Shown here: piece after piece, positions 12,700-25,964 of the stretch
Layout of the letters: each line of letters begins with the position of its first letter
Numbering within the stretch: position 1 is the stretch's first letter
DNA from: Octopus sinensis
Lineage: Eukaryota
Assembly: GCF_006345805.1 (NCBI RefSeq)
Contig: NC_043004.1
Span: 54,126,001 to 54,190,000 of the forward strand
Direction of reading: 5' to 3'
DNA length: 64,000 nt
Made by a program: the position numbers and the translations under genes
The notes under the pieces: model-generated
Told to the model about the DNA's origin: nothing
Seen by the model: only the letters and a program-made list of their open reading frames with translations
Database searches by the model: none

Positions 12700-14715
12700 G
12701 TGACTTTCCGATGCTAGAATATTTCTTTTGGAAATATTCCCTCAAATATATTTATGCCTTAACTATGCTACAGAAATTATGTTTTGCACCTATATTGACT
12801 CCATGTCGTCTCACTTGAACTTCGTGTGTGTACGTTTTTGCTGTTTTCAGTATTATCAAGAGGCACATAGACACTCATAATGTGCCTCTTAGTTTGTGTG
12901 TTTCCACATTCGTGACATCTATAGTAGACTAAAGAAAGGGACATTTTACACCGTTTTAATGAGCCTACAGCTAAAGAAGTAGACATTATTATGAAAATCA
13001 TGAAATTCTCATTCGTGCTCTAGACAACAAAATTAAACATGTTTCGGAAATTCATCTTTCTTATGATGCTCTTCAGTACCCTCTTATTTTGTGGAATGAA
13101 CAAGAGGGGTATTATTTCAACATTCCTCAGATTGAACCTGCAACAGGAGAGTCAATTACAAACAAAGACATGTCGTCAAATTATTTTTATTCTTACCAAC
13201 TGATGTTAAAACCAGAACAATCAAATCAATTATATATGTATCGTGATCTATTTCAGCAATACTCGGTTGATATGTACGCTACAGTTGAGAGTCAGTGTCT
13301 CCTCTACATACGTAACAATGACAAATGTTAAGGGCTGAAAATTATGTTCATCTCCAAGATGCTCTGAGGACAAATAGTGATATCCAAATCACGGGGCAGC
13401 TTATAATTCTCCCATCGTCATTCACAGGTGGTCATCGATGGATGCACCAACGAACATGAGATGCTATGACATAAGTCAGAACATATGAAAACTCACATCC
13501 TTTTGACACTTTCACCTGCATTCCTAAATGGGAAGAAATAAAATCTAATCTTCTTCCAGTGTTGCATCTCCTGGTATTACAGCTACCCTCCTCAGCGGGG
13601 GAAAACCTGCTCATTCCATGTTCAATCTCCTTCTAAGCCTTGCAATGAGAGAATATCAAATGTGCAACATTTCCTAAAACTCTGGAACGGCAATAGTTCT
13701 CCAACAAACTTGCCTCATTGTTTCGGATGAGTGCACTGTCACATCGATAAGCTCCAGAGGTACTTAACCGTACACTTCAAGATATAAAAAGCAACAGTAC
13801 GCTCATGGGAGGAGTAACAGTTCTCCTTAAAAGTTGCCAGTTATCCCCCAAAGGATCAAAAGCTGATGAGATCAATGCAGGCGTCAATGAATCGTACATT
13901 TGAAAACGTGAAAAAAACTTCATCTTACAAGAAACATCAGAGTACTTCTACAAGGTGATCATACGAGCTTCTTAAGACTGGTAATGGGATATTAACATTC
14001 AACTCAAGAGTTCAGCTACATGAAATTACATGCGGTCAAATGATACTTTCTCTTAGGGATCTTATGGATAAAGTATTTCCTAATTTATCTGTCAATTACG
14101 CTAATGGAAACTGGTTATGTGAAAGAGCTATACGAGTTCCAACTAATGATATGATTGATAAACTTAATCATGAACTTCTTTAAAAGGTAATAGAAACATT
14201 AGAGATGACTTTCGATCAATTGACAACAGTCGATAAAAATCAGTTTGTTCAATACTCTGTTGAATTTCTGAACACACCTAATCGCACTGGGATATCGCTG
14301 CATAACTTGACACTAAACCTGGATGCTTCCATTATGGTGCTTAGGAATCTTTTTACTTCCATGAAGCCCCATGTCTTACAGGCAACAATCAGGTAGTCAC
14401 AAAGGAGAAAATATCTGCATTCCAAAAATCCCTCTCATACCTGCAGATCTTCCATTTGAATTTAAGATGCTTAAGTTTCCAGTCAAACTAAGTTTTGGTA
14501 ATTCAATTAACAAATCTCACGGTCGATCCCTCATGATAGTTGCGCTTGATCTCTCTGCTACATGCTGCTTCTCCCATGGTCAACTCTATGTTGCTTCCTC
14601 GCGGGCTGGAAGCAGCAGCAATTTCTTCATTTCGACACCAAGAAAAAATTACACAATGAATATTGTTCACCCTGAGGTGCTACAAGATTGGCAGATTTTC
14701 ATTTCTAAATGATAT
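12700..14715 (+). mobile_element. Degenerate Helitron Rep/helicase relic
   Basis: Rep-region motifs SYDALQYPL, DLFQQYSVDMYATVE, IILPSSFTG, FTCIPKW; Pif1 helicase motifs FPVKLSF..SINKSHG and FSHGQLYVASSR; many stops and frameshifts. Confidence 0.9.
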
Positions 14716-14981
14716 TATCATTACAATTTGGATATTTTTTGATAAAATATAGATATTTTGAAATAATTATGAGAATATATCTTTATATTTATTGTTTACT
14801 AATCTGAATAAGAAAAGAAGTCATTCAAATAGTAAATCATATAAATATATACATATACGTTCATATGCATACACACACACACACCACACACACATATATA
14901 TATATATAGATATAGATATAGATAAATAGATAGAAAGATACATACATACATACATATATAAGCACATACATACACACATAC

Positions 14982-15010
<29 letters not shown>

Positions 15011-15019
<9 letters not shown>

Positions 15020-15124
15020 TTAGAGACAAAACCACTATTTTGCAAATCAAACAAAGGAAGACTTAATCCAATACGTAAAAATTTTATATAAATTAAATAA
15101 TGGTTTTGTCTCTAATTAATATTA
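15011..15124. repeat. Short inverted repeat beside (AT)n
   Basis: TAATATTAATTAGAGACAAAACCA (15011-15034) / TGGTTTTGTCTCTAATTAATATTA (15101-15124). Confidence 0.85.
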
Positions 15125-15201
15125 TATATATTTTACTATAAAATTGGATTCAATCCTAAATCTAATTTTTCCCTGTAAATTTGGATTTATTCCCTAATAT
15201 T

Positions 15202-15260
<59 letters not shown>

Positions 15261-15394
15261 GTTCGTATGCATGTATGTACTTATACATACATACATGCAT
15301 AAATACAAACATACATACATACATACACACATACACACTTACATATATATATATATATAATATATTATATATATATTATATATATATATATATA

Positions 15395-15560
15395 TATATT
15401 GTATAGAGGGCATTATTACACATAAATGCCTCACACTAAGAGGGACAAAGTCATTACTACCAAAATTATACTAATCATACCTAATATAATTTTGGTAGTA
15501 ATGACTTTGTCCCTCTTAGTGTGAGGCATTTATGTGTAATAATGCCCTCTATACAATATA
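15395..15560. repeat. Perfect 76-bp inverted repeat with 14-nt spacer
   Basis: Arms 15395-15470 and 15485-15560 are exact reverse complements. Confidence 0.95.
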
Positions 15561-15689
15561 GATATAATTGATTTGTTCAAAAGAAAAAAAAATTATTTTC
15601 GAATTCTTTTCTTTTATGAGGTTTTCACGCTAGCTGCCCGATAATTTCTTGTTAAGATCCCTTATTAAGAGATTATCCTTAATTGTTAA

Positions 15690-15721
<32 letters not shown>

Positions 15722-15744
15722 TAGTATATATGTATGTATACATA

Positions 15745-15965
15745 TATGGCACCTGACTGGCTCTTGTGCCGGTAGCACGTAAAAAGCACGTACTACACTC
15801 TAGGACTCGTTGGCGTTAGGAAAGGCATCCAGCTGTAGAAACTTTGCCAGATTGGTTTGGAGTCTGGCATAGCCTTCTGGTTTGCCAGATCTCAGTCACA
15901 CCATCCAATTCATGCCAGCATGGAGAGTGGACGTTAAATGAGAGTGATGATGATGACGATGATGA
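15745..15965 (+). mobile_element. 5'-truncated SINE with Nin/Deu-like domain and (GAT)n tail
   Basis: GTTGGCGTTAGGAAAGGCATCCAGCTGTAGAAA motif; ends CATGCCAGCATGGA...GATGATGAT. Confidence 0.6.
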
Positions 15966-16329
15966 TATATATGAATGTATGTATGTAAATAAATATTTAT
16001 ATCTATGTATGCATGTATGTACAGTATAGAGCCTGATCATAAAATCTGGATACACTAAATTTCACTGATATTCTGTTTTCTTTCACAGACTGAGAATCAG
16101 TTTGTCGTATTTACGGTCACTGTCTATTTTACATAATGAATTAAATGAATTAGTTTGGTAAAAGAGTCATTTCGCATTGCTGAGATGTTTTACTTTGAAG
16201 GTACTTTTCTAATACAGTCATATAATATTGATTTTTGACACTCTAGTGGTTTCCTTCTGTCTTTTTCCCGATTATTTTATGACATAATGGTTAAATGTGT
16301 ATTGATTTTACACTTTTAAATGTGTTTTG

Positions 16330-17150
16330 ATCAGATCTATATCAGACGCGGCATGCTGTATTAATTCAAAAGGCACTATTCAGCAATGGGGTCGACAAAA
16401 AAATATCTGATCTGGAAATGGATATTTAAGCATCCGGACATGCCAAAGATAGTTGGACCAATTTTGCACGAGAAATATCTCTCTTCCTGACTATCTTGCA
16501 TCTAGACGACCACGTTCTCTCAATATTGAACTTCTGAATAGCGTAATGGAGAATAATCCAAAACAAACTGCACAATAATTAGCAAAATAGTTCAGTTCAA
16601 GACACACTTTGATAATAAAACACTTTCATGGATTAATAAAATTGCCTAAACTTGTTCAGTATATTCCTCATCTTCTCCCAGTTCCGTAAAGAGCCGACTC
16701 TTTACGGAACGTTTGCTGAGTAGAATGATCTCAAGTTGGTTCTCTATAATGCAACGGAAACGACTATGGTTAGCCATTAATGAACTAGGAGATGTGTTAT
16801 CTTAATTAGGATGAATTGCACAAAAATTTGATCACAGTTCGGGTATGTTGCTCTTATATGATAATACAAGTTCACAAATTGTTCAGGTACTCAGAAAAAG
16901 ATCGGTGATCTAAATACGGGAGTCTTACCTTTACTCCATTACAGTTCTCATCTCAGTGCATCTGACTGCCATGATCATCCATATCATTATAATGTTATTC
17001 AGAGGTAAGCATTAAATTATTTATAAAGTGTGCCTTTGTCTCGAAACATGAGGAATTTTATACCCAAGCAGTTAATAGTTTACCAGAGAGATGGGACTGG
17101 GTTATCAATAATAAGCGGAAATATTATCATGATTAAATACATTGAATAAT
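16330..17150 (+). mobile_element. Mariner transposase relic
   Basis: Degenerate equivalents of HDNARPH, YSPDLAPSDYH and FY..I..LPERW (TTACCAGAGAGATGG) motifs. Confidence 0.65.
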
Positions 17151-17221
17151 ACTAAAGAAGGATTTGTTTTTTCCCCATCTTCAAATGCAACAGTACTTTC
17201 CTTCCAAACAACTAATGTATA

Positions 17222-17271
<50 letters not shown>

Positions 17272-17319
17272 TACATACATACATACATACATACATACAT
17301 ACATACATACATTACATAC

Positions 17320-17361
<42 letters not shown>

Positions 17362-17789
17362 ATAATGAAACTGTGCACCCCCCCCCCCCCGGTAAAACGT
17401 GGTAGTAGCCAGCAATTATAATTAGACCAGTAGTTGGTCGACAGAAGGTCGAGAAGGTCAGAAGTATGTGTGCAATCACATTTTACGACTGGGGAGTTGT
17501 ACAGTGCTAGACATAAACATTATATCGATGACTTCGTAATATAACAAAATCTGTCACAGCGACAAACGTCGTCAAAAGACAGACAGATAGAGCAGTGGCA
17601 AAAGACCGCTTTACCACAATACCGACGAGGAAAAACAATTTTACGCGCAGTGGGGAAAATTAAATACCTCGATAAAAAAGAAGCAAAAATCTTGTGCAAA
17701 ATCAACAACAACTCAAGGAAGAGAGAGAACAACAACAAGGATTGCAGAAACAAATGTTACAAATAATGAAGTCGATAAACAAACCGGAG

Positions 17790-17975
17790 AATACACTGAC
17801 CTTGAAATGGCAAAACAAGAAAAGAACGAAAGAGATGTCGATATTATGTAAATAGAGGAATTTATCTGTAAATATATGTGACAATTATTCGGTAGCCATG
17901 ACAAAACTCCGAGTTTTTGATGACGGGGCGGAACCCACGACTTCATCTCTTCAGTTATCAGGCCATCGAAAAAAT
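17790..17975 (-). mobile_element. Penelope-like terminal fragment with hammerhead; same family as 20721-20920
   Basis: Shares TTGTCACATAT..TTTACAGATAAAT(T)TCCTCTATTTACATAATAT with 20837-20885; abuts (AT)n. Confidence 0.6.
17900..17959 (-). ncRNA. Hammerhead motif with G12A core change
   Basis: GATAA-CTGAAGA-GATGA...TCATC-AAAACTCGGAGTT-TTGTC. Confidence 0.6.
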
Positions 17976-18410
17976 TATATATATATATATATATATACAC
18001 CAGAATAAGCATATAAATGCGAAACAAGGTGGAAAAAATAGTACTCGAATTCCAGAGGTAGAGTAATAAGGTTTATTAGAAAGCAGCAAAAGCATCACAA
18101 AATTTGTGTGTACGTATACATATGAGTGTATACATATGAGTATATATATATATATATATTAGAAAAATTGAGGTAATCAGATCAGATGGTTCATATTTGT
18201 AGATATTTATTTATATATTACATTTTTATATATATCATATCATTCGGATTAGCGCTTGCTCCCATCTAGTGGTTTTCAAATCAAATCAGTTGTGGGTAGT
18301 TTGAACCTTTTATAGTTTCGTAGTAGTGGGTGAGGAGGAAGTGAGACAGAGAGAAAATATGTGTGTATGGTGTGGGGTGTGTGTGTGTTGCGTGTGTGTG
18401 TGTGTGTGTG

Positions 18411-18614
18411 CGCATTTATATCTGAGAGTGAAGAAGTGTTATTTCCGTTGGTCTGCTGGACCCCCTGTGGTTTTATAAGAACTTTGCCGTCCATTTCAAT
18501 GTCACTGAGTGTGTGTTGTGCATAGGTTGGCCTGGCAAATGTCATTTGGGGTCACACTTTCTATGATCATTCTGTGGAGGTGTGGTGTGTGTGTGTCTTT
18601 GTGTGTTGTGTGTG

Positions 18615-18653
<39 letters not shown>

Positions 18654-18850
18654 TGTGTGCGTGTGTGTGTGTGTGTGTTGCGCATTATATCTGAGAGTGA
18701 AGAAGTGTTATTTCCGTTGGTCTGCTGGACCCCCTGTGGTTTTATAAGAACTTTGGCCGTCCATTTCAATGTCACTGAGTGTGTGTTGTGCATAGGTTGG
18801 CCTGGCAAATGTCATTTGGGGTCACACTTTCTATGATCATTCTGTGGAGG
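18411..18850. repeat. Tandem duplication of a ~170-bp unique segment, period 270 bp, separated by (GT)n
   Basis: CGCATT...CTGTGGAGGTG starts at 18411 and 18681; near identical. Confidence 0.95.
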
Positions 18851-18884
18851 TGTGTGTGTGTGTGTCTTTGTGTGTTTGTGTGTG

Positions 18885-18915
<31 letters not shown>

Positions 18916-19439
18916 TTGTGTATGTGTGTGTGTGTGTGTGTGTGTCTGTGTTTGGAGAAGGGGAGAGAGACAAAAAGAGAAAAGGGAAAATAAAAATAAT
19001 AATAATAAAAATAAAAAATTAAAAAAATTAAAAAAATAAAATAAAATAAAATAAAAACAAAAAATAAAAAATAAAATAAAAAAATATAAAGAATAAATAA
19101 AAATATAAAGAATAAAAAATAAAAAAATAAAAATAAAAATAAAAATAAAAATAAGGGAGGAAGTGGAGAAGAAAAAATATTTTTGTGTGTTGATATTTAT
19201 ACCAACACATATATATACACACACAGACTTATACATAAAATATTTGAAAAAACCTTTTTATCGGTTCAAAATGAAAACCAAATTATACCATCTTGAAAGT
19301 TGTATGTCATAGGAAGTTAAAACTAAAGTGACAATTAAAGGGTAAAGATGGAAGTGAATTATAAAGAAATAATATAATATGATGTATATAACAGGCAATA
19401 CACACATCTACACACACACAGATTTTTCCTTCAATGTAT

Positions 19440-19828
19440 GTTGAGTAAAGTTTCAGCCATTTAATTTGGGGGAGAACTTAGCTATGAAATGTTTTTCCAT
19501 ATTCCTCCTGAGGGGGTGTCATTCTTCGGACACTTGTAGAAGGGAAATATCTTAAATTTTCCTTCTCCACATGTAGCTAGGTGTGTGCTTAGTGGTATTT
19601 TGCGTAGTTCTTCCTGCGAATATGTGTCGGTGGATCCTGGCTCGCTGGCACAAAGAATTACCAGTTTCTCCTACGTAATTCTCCTTGCATGTGGGGCAGG
19701 TTATGCAGTATATGACGTTCTGCGTCTTGCAGTTCATATCTGCATTTACTTTGAATATGACACCATTTTTAAATCTTATCTCTCTGTTGCTCTCTATGTA
19801 TTTGTAGGTGGGGTTGCTGCAGGTCCCA

Positions 19829-19830
<2 letters not shown>
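19440..19830 (-). mobile_element. Penelope-like element GIY-YIG endonuclease fragment
   Basis: NCKTQNVIYCITCPTCKENYVGETGNSLCQRARIH, then frameshifted HLATCGEGKFKIFPFYKC. Confidence 0.85.
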
Positions 19831-19866
<36 letters not shown>

Positions 19867-20017
19867 CATATACATATGATACAGTGTACATTTAAACACA
19901 TTAAGAGGTATCCATCAAAGGACGCCCTTACGCTAGAAGGAACAGCTAAAGTTCAACCTACTAATCAGGGATAAAATCTGGAGGGGAATGAAAAATAAAA
20001 GCATTTACCATCTATTT

Positions 20018-20085
20018 CCTGGACCATGGTTTCAGACTTTTTTTAGCAAAAAAATCATTTGCTAGGCGAGGTCTTCCTCAACAGG
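20018..20085 (-). ncRNA. Hammerhead motif with C3U variant
   Basis: CCTG-TTGAGGA-AGAC...GTCT-GAAACCATGGTC-CAGG; palindromic ACCATGGT, GUC cleavage triplet, inner TAGCAAA/TTTGCTA hairpin. Confidence 0.65.
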
Positions 20086-20720
20086 TACGCCAAGATTTAA
20101 CATTATATGTAAGTGTATCTTGTTGTGTATATGAGCATGTATACATGAATATATACATGGGAGAGACTGTGTGTGTCTCTGAACCAACGAATACTGATGG
20201 TCGGATAATAAAATTTCTCATGTGCAGCCTAACATGAGGAGCAAAATAGACAGCCAATATATCCAATGCCATTCATAGTAGGCACGCAGAAGCACGTTAA
20301 CAGCAAGCTGAATGAAACTGCCAGCGTCTTCAAAATTCAAACAAGGTAGATGGATGTGTTAGAATCGAAGCCGAACGTTCTGTAACTGACGGAGACAGCA
20401 ACTGAATCTCACCAGAGGAAATACATTACATTATACAGGTAAACCGTTGCATAATCAAATTGCTGTATATATATAAAGATCTATGTTGGACCGGAAAATG
20501 TGTAGTGATTAAAAAATAACTGTCCAACTGTATTCCTTCTTGTTGACTCTATCTTATTCAATTTTATTTTCACATATGATGAATGCCGAAATCTAGACTC
20601 GGAAGTATATGATAATACTACCAGCTATTTGGTAATTCTAAGGGTGAACGAGTTCTATTTAGTACTCTGCTACGTTCCTAACGGAATATACCGTAAATTA
20701 TATACATATATATATATATA

Positions 20721-20920
20721 TATCTGTAAAATAATCTGAGACAATTATTCAATAGCCAAGATAAAACTCTGAGTTTCGGATGCCGAGGTGGAAATCCACA
20801 ACACCAACTCAGAGTGTTATCTTGGCTATTGAAGTATTGTCACATATTATTTTACAGATAAATTTCCTCTATTTACATAATATTGAGGTCTCTTTCTTTT
20901 GTTATCTTACCGTTTTTTAC
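20721..20920 (+). mobile_element. Penelope-like terminal fragment with ~55-bp fold-back inverted repeat
   Basis: Arms 20721-20775 and 20806-20860; (AT)n on both sides; 5'-truncated hammerhead. Confidence 0.6.
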
Positions 20921-20929
20921 CAATATATA

Positions 20930-20981
<52 letters not shown>

Positions 20982-21018
20982 ACGAGGGAGTGGACAAACG
21001 AAAAAGAAAGGCACACTC

Positions 21019-21129
<111 letters not shown>

Positions 21130-21818
21130 TAATATATATATATATATAATAATTATATATATATATATATATAGGCACACACCCAGAACCACAGTAATAG
21201 ATTAGGAGTGAAATTTAGGATTTCCCGATTTCCTCTGAATCGATTTCGATGAAACATTTCCCAGCTGGTTGGCACACTATGACAACATCATAGTTATGTT
21301 TTCTATATTCTGTATAACGTCCTTTCTTTTTTTATTTCAGATTCTTCAGTTTTGGAGTGAACTATGCTAATAGCTTTTGAATGAAAAGAGCCCATCTAGA
21401 CATTTGTTGTTGTTTTTTTTTTGTTTTCAGAAAATGAAGGGTAACGATACACATAAAAATATATTGTGTATATATTTAACAGAAAGCGATAATGATATTC
21501 TCTCGTACTGTAGGCACATGGCCCCAAATTTTTGGGGAGAGGGCCAGTTGAATAGTTCTCCCCCCCCCCCAGTACGCAACTGGTACTTAATTTATCGTCC
21601 CCGATAGAATATATTTATTGGAAGCTGGATGGTTCTTCAATTGTGTGACTAAGTTTGTGGAGTGTACGTTTTGGAGGATTGCAATGAAGAGATATAGATT
21701 ACTTCGTTCTTCACATCTCTTAGGTGGTCGGAAACGAGAAACGCAGATCAATGAATTAGCTAATTTTCAACTACCAATACAAGTAATACAAATAGATATG
21801 CGCTCACATATGCATATA

Positions 21819-21851
<33 letters not shown>

Positions 21852-22693
21852 CATGCACAAACACGCACTGATACACACCCACACACATACACATATACTC
21901 ACATACATAATATATATATATATATACATGCATATATGTGTATATATGTGTATAGATATATAAATATATATGTATGTATATACATATATATATACACGTA
22001 TATGTTTGTGTGTGTATATGTGCGTGTGTCTGTGTGTGTGTGTGTGTGTAAACATTTGCTTTGTATTAATTATCGACCGAATATTTGCTTGTTGATCTCA
22101 CTTATTTAATTTTCATTTAACATTCAGTGATGTTTATAGATGTGAGACTAAGTTGTGGTAGATTTTCATTGAACAGGAAAATATAATTAAGTAATCACGG
22201 CATAATACTCTCTTTCACTACACAACATATATAAATGTGATTATATACATTACACACAAACACACACACACACAAACACAAACACACACACACACACACA
22301 CACACAAAAACACGCATATAGATAAAACCTCACACATTCACATATATATGTGTGTATGTTTGTATATATATATATATATACATATATCTATGTATCCATA
22401 TATATATATATACATATATATATATAAGTACGTTTATATGTTTACGCATATATATATATATGTACCTGTATATATACATATATGGATACATATATGTATG
22501 CATATATTAATGTACATGTATGTATATAGATGTATGAATGTATATATATATATATGCATATATGTGTATATGTGTATGTATATGTTCATATATCCATGTA
22601 TATATATATGTATATGTATGTATATGTGTATATATACATATATATACACATATATATATATAAATATATATACAAATATATATAAATATATAT

Positions 22694-22764
<71 letters not shown>

Positions 22765-23733
22765 GTATTTTTGTTATTATTTTCCTTCCACTTTTCAATA
22801 CTAACATTGTTGCTACTACTAAAACTTCTAATGTTATTGCTAATTATTCTACTACAGTTATACCTCTTACTACCACTTGTACAACTTCATTGCTATTTGC
22901 ACTACTACTCTGTATATATTGGTGATATTTTTATTAATATTATTATTAGTATCATGGTTTTACCTTTGTTGTTTTTTGTTTGGTATTTTGCTGTTGTTTT
23001 TCCCCCATAAACTCAATAGTAAGCTTATAAAGTGTAAATTATTGAACCGTTACGAAGTTAACTAAATATTGAATTATTGAAGGCAATGTGCAAGTTGCAA
23101 TGGATAAAAACCAGAAAGTAAATGTAAAAAATGAACGAAACTATTGTAAAGGGTCAATAAATTTCAATATAGATATACAAATAATATAATGGTGGAAAAC
23201 TAGGAAAAATACTTTTTGTTTATTTTGATTTGTTTGCTCATTATTGATTTATACATCAGGGTAATTTTTCCACACTTTCATCAATAAATTATTCTTTGGA
23301 TTAAATGGATTAAATATTATCTAATGAAGATCACGAGAGATTTCATCAATATTGGTTGTGTTAAGATATATAACGTGAGATTAGTAACCGAGTAAATAAA
23401 TGAAACGATCTGGTGTAGAATTTATATATATATATATATATACACACACAAAGAGAAAGAGAGTGAGAGAGAGAGAGAGAGAGAGAAAGAGAGTGTGTGA
23501 GAGAAAGAGAGAGAGAAGGAAATGAAACAGCGTCTGGAAGACGTACAATGCAAGAATGCACCTTTGATGCAAGTCTGATATAGAGCTAGTCTAATGTCTA
23601 AACTTGCAAATATTACGTAAATTTTCACTTGGAAATTTTTCATAAACTGGCAAAAAGATGAGGTACGAAAACAATGGTAACGAATCATTAAAGATGTCTG
23701 AGAAGATTTCTTTGTCTCAATATTTGGTGTATA

Positions 23734-23803
<70 letters not shown>

Positions 23804-23898
23804 CAAGAAGCTTTATGAAAATAGACAAAAGACGAAGGCAGGTGGAAAAAACAAACAATTGTATTAGTATGGCACTCAGGAAATATAAATAAGACAAG

Positions 23899-23936
23899 TC
23901 TTTAACGTTTCGAGCCTACGCTCTTCAACAGAAAGA
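23899..23936 (-). ncRNA. Minimal hammerhead motif inside a ~215-bp element (23800-24015) between (AT)n tracts
   Basis: TCTTT-CTGTTGA-A-GAGC(GTAG)GCTC-GAAACGTT-AAAGA; perfect 5-bp helix I, A6U variant. Confidence 0.65.
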
Positions 23937-24014
23937 TACACAGAGAGAAAAAAACACAGAAAGAAGGAGAGAAAAAAAATGCGTGCAGTAACTAACGAAT
24001 CAACATGGCGATCC

Positions 24015-24063
<49 letters not shown>

Positions 24064-24097
24064 CACACACAAGTGTGTGTGTGAGTGAATGTGTGCG

Positions 24098-24130
<33 letters not shown>

Positions 24131-24229
24131 TTTCTTGGGGACTTTGTATGAATTTAGAAAAAAGCGCAAGGCTCATCTAAGGAATAATTTGGTAAAAATA
24201 ATTTTGAGAATCAGTTTTACACCTATTCA

Positions 24230-24715
24230 ATGAATCCACCGTTTCAATGAATCGACTCTATGTCGAAACGGCAACAAAGGTCTCTTCAATATAGGGTCTG
24301 AAGCGTTGATATGCTGATCTTTATCAATTTTGGAAATATTGCTGGTTATGGCAGACTTAAGAAATTCTTTGGCTTTATGGGGAGTTTGATTGCCCGCTTT
24401 CTCGACTATGCCCCATACGTAATAGTCCAGTGAATTGAATGCCTGGTAAGCTACACAGCCATGTGTCCAGGAGAACAGGATCATGGAAATTGGCACGCGT
24501 CCGTGTTTGGTTTTTCCGCGCTTTATGAGATGGTGCAGAAACGCGTTGGTGCATTGGTGCACATACAGTTTTCCGTTACGTTCTCCATCTATTCAGGTCC
24601 CCACCACTTTCTCAAACAACTCTCTGTAGACAACGGCATTGGCACTCATGCTCTGTGAAACAAAGTGAGAAGTCATCACATCTCCTTTGTTACTGACGAC
24701 TTCTGGAACCATCAA
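24230..24715 (-). mobile_element. Tc1/mariner (maT-like) transposase relic
   Basis: VVSNKGDVM.SHF, degenerate FQQD.APxH region, NSLDYYVWGIVE. Confidence 0.8.
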
Positions 24716-25310
24716 ATATAACATAATATAATATAATATATTATAATATGATATAAGATAGTGTACGTATGTATAAAGGCTACGTGGTTAAGAATGTTAC
24801 TAATAATTATTCCTGATTTAGGCTAAACGCCAGAAATTTTGAGGGAAACGTATTACCATTGCCTTCTGTACTTGACTTGTACTTTATTTTTGCTGCCCCC
24901 TAACGGAAAAAATATAAAGCTGATCTCGGCAGAATTCCATTTTGTTATTTATCTCTATAGGTTTTGTTTGACTAGTCGCTGATGTTGTATGCCTGGAATG
25001 ATTTTTTTTTATTTCACCTTAACGCAATGCATCTCAGCCAATATTGGCTTTTATAGTCACTTCCTCTCTGTCCAGTTTCGCTGCGTAGTGGTCATCAAAG
25101 TCTTTAGTAAATATGTTTTAGCTTTCATTTTATATTTCGTTTTTTTCTCAACCACCATTCTTCTTTATTCATCTTTATATAACAATATACTTCAGCAAGT
25201 TACTCCTTATTTGCAATTTATTATTCCCTTGATAATGTTGTCTTTCCTTACAGTCACTTACTTGGCTTACTTTCCTGTCATTATTGCTTACTGACTAACT
25301 TCATTCTAAG

Positions 25311-25733
25311 TACTCTTACTCTTTCTCTTTTACTCTTTTACTTGTTTCAGTCATTTGACTGCGGCCATTCTGGAGCACTGCCTTCAGTCGAGCAAATCGA
25401 CCCCGGGACTTATTCTTTGTAAGCCCAGTACTTATTCTATCGGTCTCTTTTGCCGAACCGCTAGGTGACGGGGACGTAAACACACCACCATCGGTTGTCA
25501 AGCAATGCTAGGGGGACAAACACAGACACGCAAACACACACACACATACATACATATATATACATATATACGACAGGCTTCTTTCATTTTCCGTCTACCA
25601 AGTCCACTCACAAGGCATTGGTCGGCCCGGGGCTATAGCAGAAGACACTTACCCAAGATGCCACGCAGTGGGACTGAACCCGGAACCATGTTGTTGGTTA
25701 GCAAGCTACTTACCACACAGCCACCCCTGCGCC
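25311..25733 (-). mobile_element. Full-length CORE-like SINE (family C)
   Basis: GGCGCAGGGGTGGCTGTGTGGTAAG head, GGGTTCAGTCCC, CATCTTGGGTAAGTGTCTT core-like motif, AAGAGTA-type tail. Confidence 0.85.
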
Positions 25734-25964
25734 TAGATTAGATTTTAAGACATATATTTTTCACTACCACTTCGTGTAGAAATACCCTCTCTCTCTATCT
25801 CTCTATCGCTGTCTGCCCCCTCCCTCGCTCCCTTTATATATAAAGGTGCACATAATACATACATACATACATACGTACTTATTACGTATGTATTGATGGA
25901 TAGACACACAGACACACACACACACATACACACACACATATACAAACAAATATAGATATTCTTT

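Noticed and set aside
21618-23010. 163-aa and 257-aa Ile/Tyr-rich ORFs
   Set aside because: Translations of (AT)n/(AC)n microsatellites
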